Source of the DNA: an uncultured Pseudomonadales bacterium
GTDB lineage: Bacteria; Patescibacteriota; Microgenomatia; UBA1400; PJMF01
Assembly: GCA_964625685.1 (NCBI GenBank)
Contig: CAZVBO010000003.1
Coordinates: 298 to 64,297 of the forward strand
Length of the DNA: 64,000 nt
Direction of reading: 5' to 3'
Under the pieces are notes generated by a model. That model was not told where the DNA came from. It worked only from the letters and a program-made list of their open reading frames with translations, and ran no database searches. The translations under genes and the position numbers were made by a program. Below, piece after piece: positions 9,031 through 19,549 of the stretch (its first letter is position 1; each line of letters begins with the position of its first letter).

Positions 9031-9912
9031 ATGAGATTTTGGAAATGGGTCACATCATTCCTCTTGGTATTGATATTTGTAGGTCTCCCAAAACTTGTCT
9101 TTGCTTTTGATGTGCCTGATCAGCCAACTGGCTACGTCAACGACTATGCACAGGTTTTGTCAGCACCTGTCTCTACCAACCTAGAACAAAAAATTGCCAG
9201 TCTTTCTGCTCAGCCCAATGGAGCAGAAATTGCAGTGGTAACTTTGCCTTCATTGGAAGGTGAAAGTATTGAAGGAGTCAGTCAACAATTTTTTGATACT
9301 TGGAAAATTGGCAAAGCCACGTCGGATAATGGGATCCTACTGTTAGTTGCCATTGAAGATCATAAAGTCAGAATTCAAACTGGCTATGGAGTTGAAAGCG
9401 TTATCACCGATAGTACAGCGGGGCGAATAATTCGCCAGGACATCACTCCTCTTTTTAAAGAAAATAATTATGATCAGGGAATCAGCAATGGAGTCAACAA
9501 ACTGATCACTTATGTACAAAATCCAGACTCTATTCCAACAGAAACTGCTACAAACAGTAACTTCTGGGTAGGGTTTTTCTTTGCCGCTATCTGGTTTTTA
9601 ATTGCTTTATTTACTTATCTAGCTGCCTTTTTAGGTCGAAGCAAATCTTGGTGGGCTGGCGGACTAATGGGTGCAATCTTAGGTTTTTTTGTAGCCAGTT
9701 TAGCAGGAGTCTTCTTTTTTGGTTTCCTCGGGTTAGTCATTGACTATATTTTGTCGAAAAACTATTCCAAATGGAAATTAAATAAACGACCTACTGGATG
9801 GGCCGCCACCTGGGGTGGCTTCAAATCTTCGGGAAGCTCACACTCTTCAGGGGGATTCTCTGGGTTTAGTGGTGGTTCCAGTGGTGGCGGCGGAGCCAGT
9901 GGCAGTTGGTAA
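9031..9912 (+). CDS. TPM domain protein (TLP18.3/Psb32/MOLO-1 family phosphatase-like) with TM segments and a Gly/Ser-rich tail
   Basis: YVNDYAQVLS...GILLLVAIEDHKVRIQTGYG is a TPM-domain signature. Signal/TM at N-terminus. The LemA-TPM pairing is a classic arrangement. Confidence 0.75.
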   Translation: MRFWKWVTSFLLVLIFVGLPKLVFAFDVPDQPTGYVNDYAQVLSAPVSTNLEQKIASLSAQPNGAEIAVVTLPSLEGESIEGVSQQFFDTWKIGKATSDNGILLLVAIEDHKVRIQTGYGVESVITDSTAGRIIRQDITPLFKENNYDQGISNGVNKLITYVQNPDSIPTETATNSNFWVGFFFAAIWFLIALFTYLAAFLGRSKSWWAGGLMGAILGFFVASLAGVFFFGFLGLVIDYILSKNYSKWKLNKRPTGWAATWGGFKSSGSSHSSGGFSGFSGGSSGGGGASGSW

Positions 9913-9918
9913 CAAAAA

Positions 9919-9945
9919 CCCCCCGTCAGACGCGGGGTAATTTTT
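9919..9945. terminator. bidirectional intrinsic terminator between TPM gene (+) and dsbA-like gene (-)
   Basis: GC hairpin ccccccgtcagacgcgggg followed by taattttt on the + strand. The complement is also followed by tttttgtt. Confidence 0.45.
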
Positions 9946-9961
9946 CAAAACTAAATTAGAT

Positions 9962-10756
9962 TTACAAATACTGTTCAATCATTTGACTTACCTGGTCGAA
10001 AGGCAGAGCGCCGTTAATCAGTTCATATTGACCATCATCAGTCACAATAATTGTGCCTGGTGTGCCGTTGACTCCAGCGGTGGCTCCTGCATTCATTTGA
10101 TCAGTGATCATTTGAGTAAATTCGCCGGCATCCACACAAGTTTGAACAGCCGTTGCATCTACCCCTGCATCAGAAACTGCTTGGTCTATATTAGCTTGAG
10201 TGATCGTCCCCGAACCTCCGTTGAGTTCAAACAAAGAGTCGGTATAAGCCCAGAAAGCATCTTGTCCCCCCACCTTATTTACACATTCAGCTGTTTCAGC
10301 CGCTGGTTGAGCTTGGGGATGGAAAGGAAGTGGGTAATGTCGGTAGACCCAAGCAACTTGATCACCGTAATTTTCCATGACTTGTTCCATCGTCGGATGG
10401 AAGCTAGCACAGTAAGGGCACTCGTAATCTGAGTATTCAATCAGTTTTACTTTAGCATCAGCATTGCCGCGAATATGATCATCACTGGTGACAGCCGGAA
10501 CTTGAGACAGTTGCTCTTCAGTTGGTCCGGTGGCTCCAGCTGTAGTGTCAGTAGGATTGGCAACTGCTTGGGTTCCACTCCCGCCATTCACTTTCAACAT
10601 TTGATTTTCGGTCATAATTGAACCAACAAAATATCCGAGGATAAATGTCACTCCTAAAATAAGAAAAAGTACAAAATTATTGTTCACCATTTGAACAAAG
10701 TTTTGCAATGAGTAGACGCTAGTCTGGTTGCGACTAGCCGCAGGGTTAGTTGCCAT
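9962..10756 (-). CDS. DsbA-family thiol:disulfide oxidoreductase (membrane-anchored)
   Basis: CPYC active site in a thioredoxin-fold context (EYSDYECPYCASFHP). N-terminal TM helix and two ELNGGSGT internal repeats. Confidence 0.7.
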   Translation of the reverse strand: MATNPAASRNQTSVYSLQNFVQMVNNNFVLFLILGVTFILGYFVGSIMTENQMLKVNGGSGTQAVANPTDTTAGATGPTEEQLSQVPAVTSDDHIRGNADAKVKLIEYSDYECPYCASFHPTMEQVMENYGDQVAWVYRHYPLPFHPQAQPAAETAECVNKVGGQDAFWAYTDSLFELNGGSGTITQANIDQAVSDAGVDATAVQTCVDAGEFTQMITDQMNAGATAGVNGTPGTIIVTDDGQYELINGALPFDQVSQMIEQYL

Positions 10757-10893
10757 AACTGCTCCTTTATATGAAGCTACCTATTGAGGGTTTCATTATA
10801 ACCATATCTTCTATAAAAGTGGAAGGCAATTCTTTCCGAATGACTTATATTGGGGGAAGGGAGAGTAGGATATAATCATCTCACACTATTATT

Positions 10894-11688
10894 ATGCCAA
10901 AATCTCCATCCCCTCGGCACCTGTCCATTTATGAGCAAACTCACTTGGCTCGATTTGGCCAAGCCAATATTTCTATTGAGGAATATGGCGAAACACCAGT
11001 CGAGTACATTACCGGCAAAGCAGAATTTTGTGGCCATGTTTTTACGGTAAATGAAAACACCCTTATTCCTCGAGTAGAGTCTGAACAATTAGTCGACTTA
11101 GTTGTTCAGCAAACCCTGACTCTACCCACCAATACCACTCTACATATAATTGATGTGGGCACAGGGGCTGGTGCTATTGGGCTATCGGTCTATCTCCAAT
11201 TATTTTCACAACGTCCCCACACAAAATTATGGTTAACTGATATTTCTGAGTCAGCTTTAAAAATTGCCCAGAAAAACACTCAAGCTCTTTTATCTCCAGC
11301 CCAACAACAACAAGTACAGATTGGCGTCAGCGATCTGATGAGCTCAATTTCACTAAACGTAACCTTTGATATCATTATTGCTAATCTCCCTTATATTCCG
11401 AGCCAGAGAATTCAAGCCCTTGATCCGTCAGTGATTGATTTTGAGCCCCATCTAGCTTTGGATGGAGGTCCTGAAGGGCTGACTCTCATCCACCAGCTCC
11501 TCAAACAAGCACCCAATTTTCTGACTTCATCAGGAAAAGTTTTTTTGGAAATCGATCATACTCACTCTTTAAGTGAACTCACCTCAGGAACTCCTTTCGC
11601 CGGATCACTGATGACCGATGATTATGGCCAAAATCGATTTGCGATTCTAGCGCTCAATACGTTAAACTTAAAGAATGGCAGTAACTGA
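10894..11688 (+). CDS. prmC: release factor glutamine N5-methyltransferase PrmC/HemK
   Basis: SAM-binding IIDVGTGAGAIG and the NPPY-type motif NLPYIP. Confidence 0.8.
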   Translation: MPKSPSPRHLSIYEQTHLARFGQANISIEEYGETPVEYITGKAEFCGHVFTVNENTLIPRVESEQLVDLVVQQTLTLPTNTTLHIIDVGTGAGAIGLSVYLQLFSQRPHTKLWLTDISESALKIAQKNTQALLSPAQQQQVQIGVSDLMSSISLNVTFDIIIANLPYIPSQRIQALDPSVIDFEPHLALDGGPEGLTLIHQLLKQAPNFLTSSGKVFLEIDHTHSLSELTSGTPFAGSLMTDDYGQNRFAILALNTLNLKNGSN

Positions 11689-14278
11689 AAAAACGCTCTG
11701 GCATACCTTAAGTTCAGCTCAAACTCTCAAAAAACTAGAGACAACTAAACAGGGTTTGGGAACAAAAGAAGTTACGGCACGACAAACTAAGTATGGCTTA
11801 AATTCATTTTCCCAACAACATACCATCTCTAAGTGGCAAATTTTTGTGGACCAATTTAAGGGCTTCTTAATCTTATTGTTATTCGTGGCTGCGCTGCTAG
11901 CTCTGATAATTCGAGAATGGTTTGACGCAATTGCCATCTTGGTCATCTTATTGATCAATGCCGTAGTGGGCTTTATTGAAGAATATAAGGCCGAACAAGC
12001 CATTGAAGAATTACGAGAAATGGAAACTCCCCATGCTCTGGTGATCAGAAATAAGAGTCAGCAACAAATTGACTCAACTCAACTGGTACCAGGTGATATT
12101 CTCCTCTTAAGTGAAGGTGATCAAATCCCAGCCGATGCTCGAATCTTAGAAAGTTACCAGCTTCAAACTGATGAGTCAGTCCTGACTGGAGAATCGAATC
12201 CGAGTAACAAAGATCCAAAAAAACTAGCCTCGCAAATTGCTTTAGCCGAAAGAGTCAATCTCGTATTTGCTGGCACAGTTGTGACTAGAGGGAAAGGCAA
12301 AGCGGTGGTCTATGCCACGGGGGATAATACCGAGTTCGGTAAAATTGCTCACTTGGTCCAAACTGCTACTGCTACTCAAACTCCACTTCAAATTACTTTA
12401 GAAAAGTTAGGCAAAACCTTAGGGATTATCAGTCTAGTTATTGCCACTCCTGGACTCATTATTGGCATCAACAGTGGCCGAAGTATTGTCGAGATGATCA
12501 TGTTATCCATCTCGCTAGCCGTTTCAGCTATTCCCGAAGGTCTACCAGTCGTGGTCACAGTAACCTTAGCTCTAGGTGCTCAAAGACTCCTGAAGCGGAG
12601 GGTTCTCGTCAGAAAACTGTCAGCAGTTGAATCTTTAGGAAACGTCGACATTATCTGTACTGATAAAACTGGCACCATTACCCAAAACAAAATGTCTGCC
12701 ACTCAACTGGTAACTCGGACTCATCTCTTAGAAACAGACCAATTCTCGGTTCAATTACGTCAGCGTAATCAAACTATTCGTTCATTGGTAAATTGTGCCT
12801 TGCTCTGCAACGATGCCACCCTGGAAAGTGGCGATCCTACCGAAACCGCTTTATTAAAACTGTGCCAACAATTTAAGCTAGAAGTAGCAGATCGTGAGCT
12901 TTTCCCTCGTCTAGACGAAATTCCGTTTAACTCACAACAAAAGTATATGGTCACCCTCAACCAAGTGGAGAACCGAACTCATGCTTTCTTAAAGGGAGCC
13001 CCTGAACAAGTGCTCGCTATGTGTTCACAAGTGTCCGTCAATACACAAGTTCGAACTTTAACTGACGCTGATCGAACCTATTTTGAAGACCAAATTGAAT
13101 CATTAACGGCTCAAGGGATGAGAGTTTTAGCCCTAGCCATGAAGAAAAACTTATCAAGCCATCAACTCACCAAACCCAGTAAGTACATATTTTTGGGTTT
13201 GGTTGGTTTCATTGATCCAGCTCGATCTGAAGTGACCTCTGCCCTCACACAATGTCACCAAGCCGGGATTCGAGTCCTGATGTTAACCGGCGATCACCCT
13301 TTAACGGCTAAAGCCGTGGCTCACCAAATTGGTTTAGTCTCAGATCGGGTAGTAGTCGGCAGCGAACTCAATAAATTGGGCCGTCATGACCTCGAAGAAT
13401 TAGTTTCCACTCAGAATATTTTTGCCCGAGTGACACCAGAGCATAAACTCACTATTTTACGAGCACTTCATAATCTGGGTCACAATGTTGCCATGACGGG
13501 TGATGGAGCGAATGACGCCCCAGCTCTGAAAGAAGCTGATATCGGGGTAGCTGTCGGGAATGCGACTGATCTGGCAAAAGAAGTGTCAGATATGGTGTTA
13601 ATTGATAATAATTTTGCCCATATTGTTGATGCCGTCGAAGAAGCCCGGGGGATATTTGCCAATATTAAAAAGTTTATTACTTTTCTACTGGCAGCCAACT
13701 TCGATGAAATTTTTGTGGTGCTTGCCGCTCTTCTCCTCGGGACTCCCTTACCCTTGCTGCCCATTCATTTACTATGGCTGAATGTCGTCACCGACAGTTT
13801 CCCCGCTCTGGCTTTAGCCGTGGATAAATATCCCGCGAAATTGATGCATCAAAAACCCTTTAATCCCAGTAAAGAAATTACTCATGGAGTTATCAAATTT
13901 TCACTGGCTGCAGGCATCATCGGCTTTGTGGCAACCATGTTTATCTTCTTAAGAGAATATTTCTTCCTGCGGAATGGCTTGAGTCTCAGTCAAACCATGA
14001 CCTTTACCACGACGGTCTTCTTTGAGCTGTGGCTAGTCTTCTCAGTCAGATCGAACAAAGGAGCTTTCCAATTGGGATTGCTCTCCAATAAGTTTTTGAA
14101 TATAGCGGTTCTGATTGCCATCAGCCTTCAATTAGCAGTTATGTATCACCCAGTTGGCAATGAACTGCTAAAAATTGTGCCCGTGCCACTTGGTAACTGG
14201 CCAGATATTCTACTCTTTTCTTTTTCCGGATTTGGCTTAATTGAACTCACCCGGTGGATCAAACGCAAAATTTCGTAA
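11675..14278 (+). CDS. P-type cation-transporting ATPase (Ca2+/Mg2+ type IIA/IIIB-like)
   Basis: DKTGTITQN phosphorylation motif, TGDGANDAPAL hinge motif, and about 10 TM segments. Overlaps prmC by 14 nt. Confidence 0.85.
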   Translation: MAVTEKTLWHTLSSAQTLKKLETTKQGLGTKEVTARQTKYGLNSFSQQHTISKWQIFVDQFKGFLILLLFVAALLALIIREWFDAIAILVILLINAVVGFIEEYKAEQAIEELREMETPHALVIRNKSQQQIDSTQLVPGDILLLSEGDQIPADARILESYQLQTDESVLTGESNPSNKDPKKLASQIALAERVNLVFAGTVVTRGKGKAVVYATGDNTEFGKIAHLVQTATATQTPLQITLEKLGKTLGIISLVIATPGLIIGINSGRSIVEMIMLSISLAVSAIPEGLPVVVTVTLALGAQRLLKRRVLVRKLSAVESLGNVDIICTDKTGTITQNKMSATQLVTRTHLLETDQFSVQLRQRNQTIRSLVNCALLCNDATLESGDPTETALLKLCQQFKLEVADRELFPRLDEIPFNSQQKYMVTLNQVENRTHAFLKGAPEQVLAMCSQVSVNTQVRTLTDADRTYFEDQIESLTAQGMRVLALAMKKNLSSHQLTKPSKYIFLGLVGFIDPARSEVTSALTQCHQAGIRVLMLTGDHPLTAKAVAHQIGLVSDRVVVGSELNKLGRHDLEELVSTQNIFARVTPEHKLTILRALHNLGHNVAMTGDGANDAPALKEADIGVAVGNATDLAKEVSDMVLIDNNFAHIVDAVEEARGIFANIKKFITFLLAANFDEIFVVLAALLLGTPLPLLPIHLLWLNVVTDSFPALALAVDKYPAKLMHQKPFNPSKEITHGVIKFSLAAGIIGFVATMFIFLREYFFLRNGLSLSQTMTFTTTVFFELWLVFSVRSNKGAFQLGLLSNKFLNIAVLIAISLQLAVMYHPVGNELLKIVPVPLGNWPDILLFSFSGFGLIELTRWIKRKIS

Positions 14279-14314
14279 TTACCTAAATCCCAATAATCCT
14301 CTACACTAGCAATC

Positions 14315-16810
14315 ATGGCTGAGACTAACTCGACTAAAGCTGCTGATCAGTTTTCCACCCCAATGATGCTCCAATATCTTGAAATTAAAAAAGAGTATCA
14401 GGATTGTCTGCTGTTCTTTCGGCTGGGTGATTTTTATGAATTGTTTTTAGATGACGCTAAAATCGGATCAGAAATTTTAGGGATTACCCTGACTGCTCGG
14501 AGCCGAGGCAAAGATGGTCGAATCCCCATGGCTGGAGTACCATTTCACGCTGCTGATAGCTATATTAACAAACTAGTTAAACATGGCTATAAAGTTGCGA
14601 TTTGTGAACAACTGTCCGAACCCAATAATCGGGAAATTGTCCAACGTGAAGTCATCCGGGTAGTCACTCCAGGGACTATCTTAGATGACAAAAGTATTAC
14701 TGCCAAAGAAAATAATTATATTTTTGCCTTGTGTCAAAATGACACTGATTTTGGTCTAGGAATTTTGGATATCACCACCGGGTTTTGGGGGGTGATTCAA
14801 AAACCACTCACCCAATTTAACGAAACCATAACCCAGTTTGAAACTCAACTTCGACCAGCTGAAGGTATTCTTTCTCCCCAACTCTACAATGATGGAGCTT
14901 ACTTGCGTCAGCTCAAACACCTCTCTCAAATGAGCCTGACCTGTTTTCATCAGTGGGGAAAATATACCAGAAACTCTGCCAAGAAGTTGCAAACTCAACT
15001 CCATGTCACGACACTGAAAGGCTTCGAACTCGAATCAGCACCTCTCGCCCAAGAGGTGGCCGCAGCCTTACTGGGGTATATTCAGGAAACCCAAAAAGCT
15101 CCAGCTACTCACTTGATTCAGATTACTAATCTGAACACTCAAGCCTATCTGATTCTCGATCAATCAGCCGTTGTCAACTTAGAGCTGTTTGCCACACTGC
15201 GTGATCAGCGAAAAGAAGGTTCTCTCATTTGGGTGCTTGATCACACCAAAACTGCTATGGGCGGCCGCTTACTCCGAGACTGGTTACTCCATCCTTTGAC
15301 TAAATCCAAGCCCATCAATCACCGATTAGATCAAGTCACCTACTTTTTGGAACATGCTTCACTTCGATCTCATCTACGTCAACTGTTACGTCAAATTGGT
15401 GATCTAGAGCGTTTACTTTCCCGAATTACTTTGGGGATGGGGACTCCACGAGATGTAATTCAGCTTCAAACTTCTCTCGATCATGCTTTGAGTATTCGCC
15501 AAATACTAACTGAAGTTGAGTATCCCCATCATAAGTATCTAGAACGACCCAAGCAGTTAGCAACTTTAAGCCAGCTTATCAAGCAAACTATCGTTCCCGA
15601 GCCTCCTGTCGATCCCAAAAATGGAGGTGTTATCCAAAGTGGAATTCATCCTGAACTCGACAAACTTTTGACGACGATTCATTCAAGCCAAAGTTGGATG
15701 TCAGAATTGGAAACTAAAGAAAGACAACGAACTGGAATTAGTTCACTTAAAGTTAAATTTAATAAAGTCTTTGGCTATTATATTGAAATCAGCAAGGCCA
15801 ATTTAGATAAAGTTCCGCCTGATTATGACCGAAAACAAACGCTGGTGAATGCCGAACGCTTCACCATGCCCGAACTCAAACATCATGAACAAATTATTTT
15901 GGAAGCAGAGTTAAAGAGTAACGATCTTGAATATCAGATTTTTAATGACTTAGTAAATCAAGTATTAGCTAGAACCGAACTGATTCAGACTACTGCCAAG
16001 GATATTGCCACTTTAGATGCATTACTCAATTTTGCCACCATTGCTGAACAAAATCGTTATGTTCGACCCGACATCAGCACTGGCGACGAACTGGCAATCC
16101 AAGAAGGCCGTCATCCCGTAATTGAACAAACCCTTCATGATCGTCGATTTGTCCCCAATGACATCAAATTAAATACGACTGATCAACAACTAATGATTAT
16201 TACTGGTCCCAACATGGCAGGCAAATCAGTATTAATGAGACAAGTCGCCTTAATCACGCTCTTGGCCCACTTGGGTTGCTTTGTGCCGGCTAAAAAAGCA
16301 ACCATTAGCTTGGTTGATCGAATCTTTATTCGAAGTGGTGCTTCAGATATGATTACTTCAGGCTTGTCAACTTTTATGGTAGAAATGGTGGAAACAGCGA
16401 CTATTTTACATCAAGCTACTTCAAAAAGCTTAATTATTATGGATGAGATTGGTCGAGGAACGAGTACTTATGATGGGATTAGTATCGCTTGGTCTGTAGC
16501 CGAAAAGCTGGTAACCGATCCTAAAATAAAAGCCAAAACTTTATTTGCCACTCATTATCATGAATTACAAGTCCTAGCCGAAGAACATCCAGATAGTATT
16601 AAAAACTATCAAATGGCCATTAAAAACCATAAAAATAAACCTGTTTTTCTTCATAAATTAATTCCCGGAGGGGCTTCTCACAGTTTTGGAATTGCCGTAG
16701 CTCAACTGGCTGGGATCCCCCAGGAAGTGATTGATCGAGCCAACCAGATTTTAGCAAGTTACATTGAACCCAAACACCATCATGCCCAAGATTCATCAAC
16801 TCAGTCCTAG
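14315..16810 (+). CDS. mutS: DNA mismatch repair protein MutS
   Basis: N-terminal mismatch-binding TPMMLQYLEIKKEY...FYELF and Walker A GPNMAGKS. The MutS ABC domain is present. Confidence 0.9.
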   Translation: MAETNSTKAADQFSTPMMLQYLEIKKEYQDCLLFFRLGDFYELFLDDAKIGSEILGITLTARSRGKDGRIPMAGVPFHAADSYINKLVKHGYKVAICEQLSEPNNREIVQREVIRVVTPGTILDDKSITAKENNYIFALCQNDTDFGLGILDITTGFWGVIQKPLTQFNETITQFETQLRPAEGILSPQLYNDGAYLRQLKHLSQMSLTCFHQWGKYTRNSAKKLQTQLHVTTLKGFELESAPLAQEVAAALLGYIQETQKAPATHLIQITNLNTQAYLILDQSAVVNLELFATLRDQRKEGSLIWVLDHTKTAMGGRLLRDWLLHPLTKSKPINHRLDQVTYFLEHASLRSHLRQLLRQIGDLERLLSRITLGMGTPRDVIQLQTSLDHALSIRQILTEVEYPHHKYLERPKQLATLSQLIKQTIVPEPPVDPKNGGVIQSGIHPELDKLLTTIHSSQSWMSELETKERQRTGISSLKVKFNKVFGYYIEISKANLDKVPPDYDRKQTLVNAERFTMPELKHHEQIILEAELKSNDLEYQIFNDLVNQVLARTELIQTTAKDIATLDALLNFATIAEQNRYVRPDISTGDELAIQEGRHPVIEQTLHDRRFVPNDIKLNTTDQQLMIITGPNMAGKSVLMRQVALITLLAHLGCFVPAKKATISLVDRIFIRSGASDMITSGLSTFMVEMVETATILHQATSKSLIIMDEIGRGTSTYDGISIAWSVAEKLVTDPKIKAKTLFATHYHELQVLAEEHPDSIKNYQMAIKNHKNKPVFLHKLIPGGASHSFGIAVAQLAGIPQEVIDRANQILASYIEPKHHHAQDSSTQS

Positions 16811-18494
16811 TTTAATTGCTCAAATAGCCGCCGGTGAAGTTGTAGACCGGCCTGCATCTATCATCAAAGAGTTAGTTGAAAATGCGATTGATGCTCAAGC
16901 TACTGAAATTGCTGTTGAACTAATAGAGAGTGGCTTAGATACTATTCGAGTAATTGATAATGGGGTTGGCATGGATGAAACAGACTTAGGTCTCTGCTTT
17001 CTGCCTCATACTACCAGTAAACTGAATGAGTCAAATCAGTTGAGCGGCATTACTACTTTGGGTTTCCGCGGCGAAGCTCTGGCCAGTCTAGCAGCGGTAA
17101 GTCAACTCACTATTAGCACAAAACCAACAAATGATATTTCTGGCTACCAACTGACCATCACCCATGGGAATCCTAGTGAAATTCAACCTTTAGGTTTACC
17201 CAACGGCACCGAAGTTGAAGTCACTCAGCTCTTTGCCCAACTTCCCGCTCGTCACAAGTTTCTTAAATCACCAGCCACCGAACTCAAACAAATTCTTAAG
17301 ATGATGAGTCAGTTTGTTTTGGCTTATCCAGAAATCGCCTTTAACCTTAAAAATAACCAAAAATTAATCTTAGATGCTCCTCATTACCAAACATTTTTAG
17401 ATAGACTAGAGAACATTGTGGGAACTGAATTTCGTCAAAACAGTCTTCCCGTGACCACCACCAATGAAACTTACCAATTAGCAGGTTTTATCTCGCCCCC
17501 TAGTTTAAGTCGAGAAAGCAACCTTCATCATTACTTCTTTATTAATCACCGTCCAGTCCAACCTAGCTTCATTCTGCCACTCATCAAACAGGTCTATGGA
17601 GGATTGCTTGAGCCAGCTAGTCAACCGCTTTTTGTGCTGAATTTGACACTTCCCGAGCATTTTGTGGATGTCAATGTTCATCCGCAAAAAACTCAAGTGG
17701 CACTAGCAGATCAATCAACGGTTTTTCAGTTTGTACAAACTACTCTCGAACAAGTCTTGCATCAATACGATTTGACCTTTCAAAGCCAGCTCAGACTGAA
17801 AGATAAAAATAATTTTTCTTACACTGCTGACCTCAATCGTGATAAGAAAACTCACCAACCTCTCCACCAAGCTTTAAAATCGGTAGTTAAAGCTTGGGAA
17901 ACCACTCACTCTCGGTCGCAAACCGAAGTACTCCAGCTTCATGATTTATATTTAGTCACTCAAACAGATCAGGGCATGCTGATTGTAGATCAACATGCAG
18001 CTCATGAACGAATTTTGTATGAGCAATTCTTAGCGGAATTTCAACACCAAAATCAACAATCTTCACAATTCCTACCTAAACCAGTATTGCTCTCCTTCGC
18101 CGTCACTGATGCCGAATTGTTGACTGAACACCTCTCCCTTTTTGCTGACATGGGCATAATCATTGAGCCGTTTGGCAAAGCTCAATTTTCAGTCACCCAC
18201 TTGCCCCCACGAGTTGAAGCTGACAGAGTCAAGGATTTATTAACTGAGTGGCTCGATGACATTGCCAATGAGACCACACTTCGATCCGTAGATACCCTCA
18301 CTAAAAAAACCTTGTCGTTCTTGGCCTGCCGCACGGCAATCAAACAAGGTGATGCTCTGAGTCAAGAAGAACGGCAAAATTTACTTAAAAAACTCGCTGA
18401 AACTCATCATAACGAAACCTGTCCCCACGGCCGACCGACTCAGTTTATTTTGACCAAAAAAGAATTGGAGAAACTCTTCCACCGGAGGAAGTAG
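16764..18494 (+). CDS. mutL: DNA mismatch repair protein MutL
   Basis: GHKL ATPase N-terminus IHQLSPSLIAQIAAGEVVDRPASIIKELVENAIDA. Overlaps mutS by 47 nt. Confidence 0.9.
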   Translation: MNPNTIMPKIHQLSPSLIAQIAAGEVVDRPASIIKELVENAIDAQATEIAVELIESGLDTIRVIDNGVGMDETDLGLCFLPHTTSKLNESNQLSGITTLGFRGEALASLAAVSQLTISTKPTNDISGYQLTITHGNPSEIQPLGLPNGTEVEVTQLFAQLPARHKFLKSPATELKQILKMMSQFVLAYPEIAFNLKNNQKLILDAPHYQTFLDRLENIVGTEFRQNSLPVTTTNETYQLAGFISPPSLSRESNLHHYFFINHRPVQPSFILPLIKQVYGGLLEPASQPLFVLNLTLPEHFVDVNVHPQKTQVALADQSTVFQFVQTTLEQVLHQYDLTFQSQLRLKDKNNFSYTADLNRDKKTHQPLHQALKSVVKAWETTHSRSQTEVLQLHDLYLVTQTDQGMLIVDQHAAHERILYEQFLAEFQHQNQQSSQFLPKPVLLSFAVTDAELLTEHLSLFADMGIIIEPFGKAQFSVTHLPPRVEADRVKDLLTEWLDDIANETTLRSVDTLTKKTLSFLACRTAIKQGDALSQEERQNLLKKLAETHHNETCPHGRPTQFILTKKELEKLFHRRK

Positions 18495-18506
18495 ACTAAA
18501 CTATAC

Positions 18507-18573
18507 AGCCAAATTTCAAAAACCAAAATCCAAACAAGCTCCAAATTCCAAAAATCAAATTCGAAGTTGTAAT
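18507..18573. repeat. CCAAA-rich element (reverse orientation of the TTTGG family)
   Basis: caaatttcaaaaaccaaaatccaaacaagctccaaattccaaaaatcaaattcgaag. Confidence 0.5.
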
Positions 18574-18623
18574 GTCATTCTGAACTCCTGACCGCCGGCA
18601 GGCAGGAACGCGGGGATCCGGGA
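18574..18623 (+). repeat. REP-like hairpin repeat, GTCATTC...CGGGGATCCGGG (family copy 1, + orientation)
   Basis: gtcattctgaactcctgaccgccggcaggcaggaacgcggggatccggg. Shares the GTCATYC head and GGGGATC tail with the other copies. The interior contains a ggcaggcagg half of the 18-bp palindrome. Confidence 0.6.
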
Positions 18624-18705
18624 AACTACTGGGCTGTTGTCTACATTTAGAATTCGGCCAATTTGTTGATTAAAATGTAAACAAAAAAAATTGCCCATTG
18701 CTATT

Positions 18706-18734
18706 CCAGATCCCCGTTTGCACGGGGATGACAT
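18706..18734 (-). repeat. REP-like hairpin repeat (copy 2, - orientation), GTCATCCCCGTGCAAACGGGGATCTGG
   Basis: The plus strand reads ccagatccccgtttgcacggggatgacat. Stem is ATCCCCG/CGGGGAT. Followed by the 8-3-8 palindrome acatagtcgatgactatgt (18731-18749). Confidence 0.7.
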
Positions 18735-18825
18735 AGTCGATGACTATGTATCAGTAAGTACTCATACAGTGACCATCTATTTAAATGGTGACAAACAGAT
18801 TAAAAGTTAGTACTATTAAATTAGC

Positions 18826-19113
18826 ATGAATCGCGGGGTCATTCTTCTCACCACTCTAGAGATGAGTCAGGCATCAGCTTTTCTCAAAACTTCGACCGTG
18901 CCCATTTCTGAAACCTTATTGAACAAATTAACTCCTTCCTCCACTGACCCTCAACAAACCGATAAAATTCTCATTAGTGAAGAGGATGCTGAAGTATTAC
19001 TCGATTGTCTAGCGGCGCCCTCGGCCTCTGAACCTGCTGAACTCAAGAGCTTAAGACTCAAACTTCAACAATTTATTGGAAAGATTCGCTTCCCTGACTC
19101 GACTTCTGCTTGA
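18826..19113 (+). CDS. hypothetical protein (weak call)
   Basis: 95-aa ORF in an otherwise empty intergenic stretch. No recognisable domain. Confidence 0.25.
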   Translation: MNRGVILLTTLEMSQASAFLKTSTVPISETLLNKLTPSSTDPQQTDKILISEEDAEVLLDCLAAPSASEPAELKSLRLKLQQFIGKIRFPDSTSA

Positions 19114-19144
19114 TCTCTTTTCAAAAACATAAGATACTAACTGT

Positions 19145-19549
19145 ATGAAATTCAATGACCTCTTTCGTAAAGTCGCTACTAAAATTTCCCTGATTACAGG
19201 TTCTCCAGCGATCTTCATTCTTGCCTTTATCAGCATTCTAGCCTGGATTTTGACCGGTCCTTACTTTCACTACTCAGATACTTGGCAATTAGTGATTAAC
19301 ACTTCCACGACTATTATTACCTTTTTGATGGTTTTCTTGATTCAGAATACCCAAAACCGAGATACCAAAGCAATCCATCTTAAACTTGACGAATTGATTA
19401 AAAGCATGAGAGGTGCTCGAAATCGGCTGATTGATATTGAAGAAGAAACCGACATTGAGCTTGATTCACTCAAAGAAGAATTTCAAAACCAGCATGAAAA
19501 ATACATGAAACGGGTTGAGAAGAAGATTGAAAAAATTAGTGCTGGCTAA
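19145..19549 (+). CDS. small membrane protein, low-affinity iron permease (PF04120)-like family
   Basis: Two TM helices then a charged coiled C-terminus. SDTWQLVINTSTTIITFLMVFLIQNTQNRDTKAIHLKLDELI is typical of that family. Assigned from memory of family consensus only. Confidence 0.4.
   Translation: MKFNDLFRKVATKISLITGSPAIFILAFISILAWILTGPYFHYSDTWQLVINTSTTIITFLMVFLIQNTQNRDTKAIHLKLDELIKSMRGARNRLIDIEEETDIELDSLKEEFQNQHEKYMKRVEKKIEKISAG

Noticed and set aside
10850-11088. ORFs 10850-11050(+) and 10876-11088(-) at the hemK start.
   Set aside because: They overlap the well-supported prmC frame and have no features of their own.
18495-18825. Possible tRNA or other structured RNA gene in the long mutL-downstream intergenic region.
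   Set aside because: No cloverleaf-compatible segment, no conserved T-loop (GTTCRANYC) or D-loop motifs found by eye. The structure is accounted for by REP hairpins and palindromes. A tRNAscan or Infernal run would be needed to exclude small ncRNAs.
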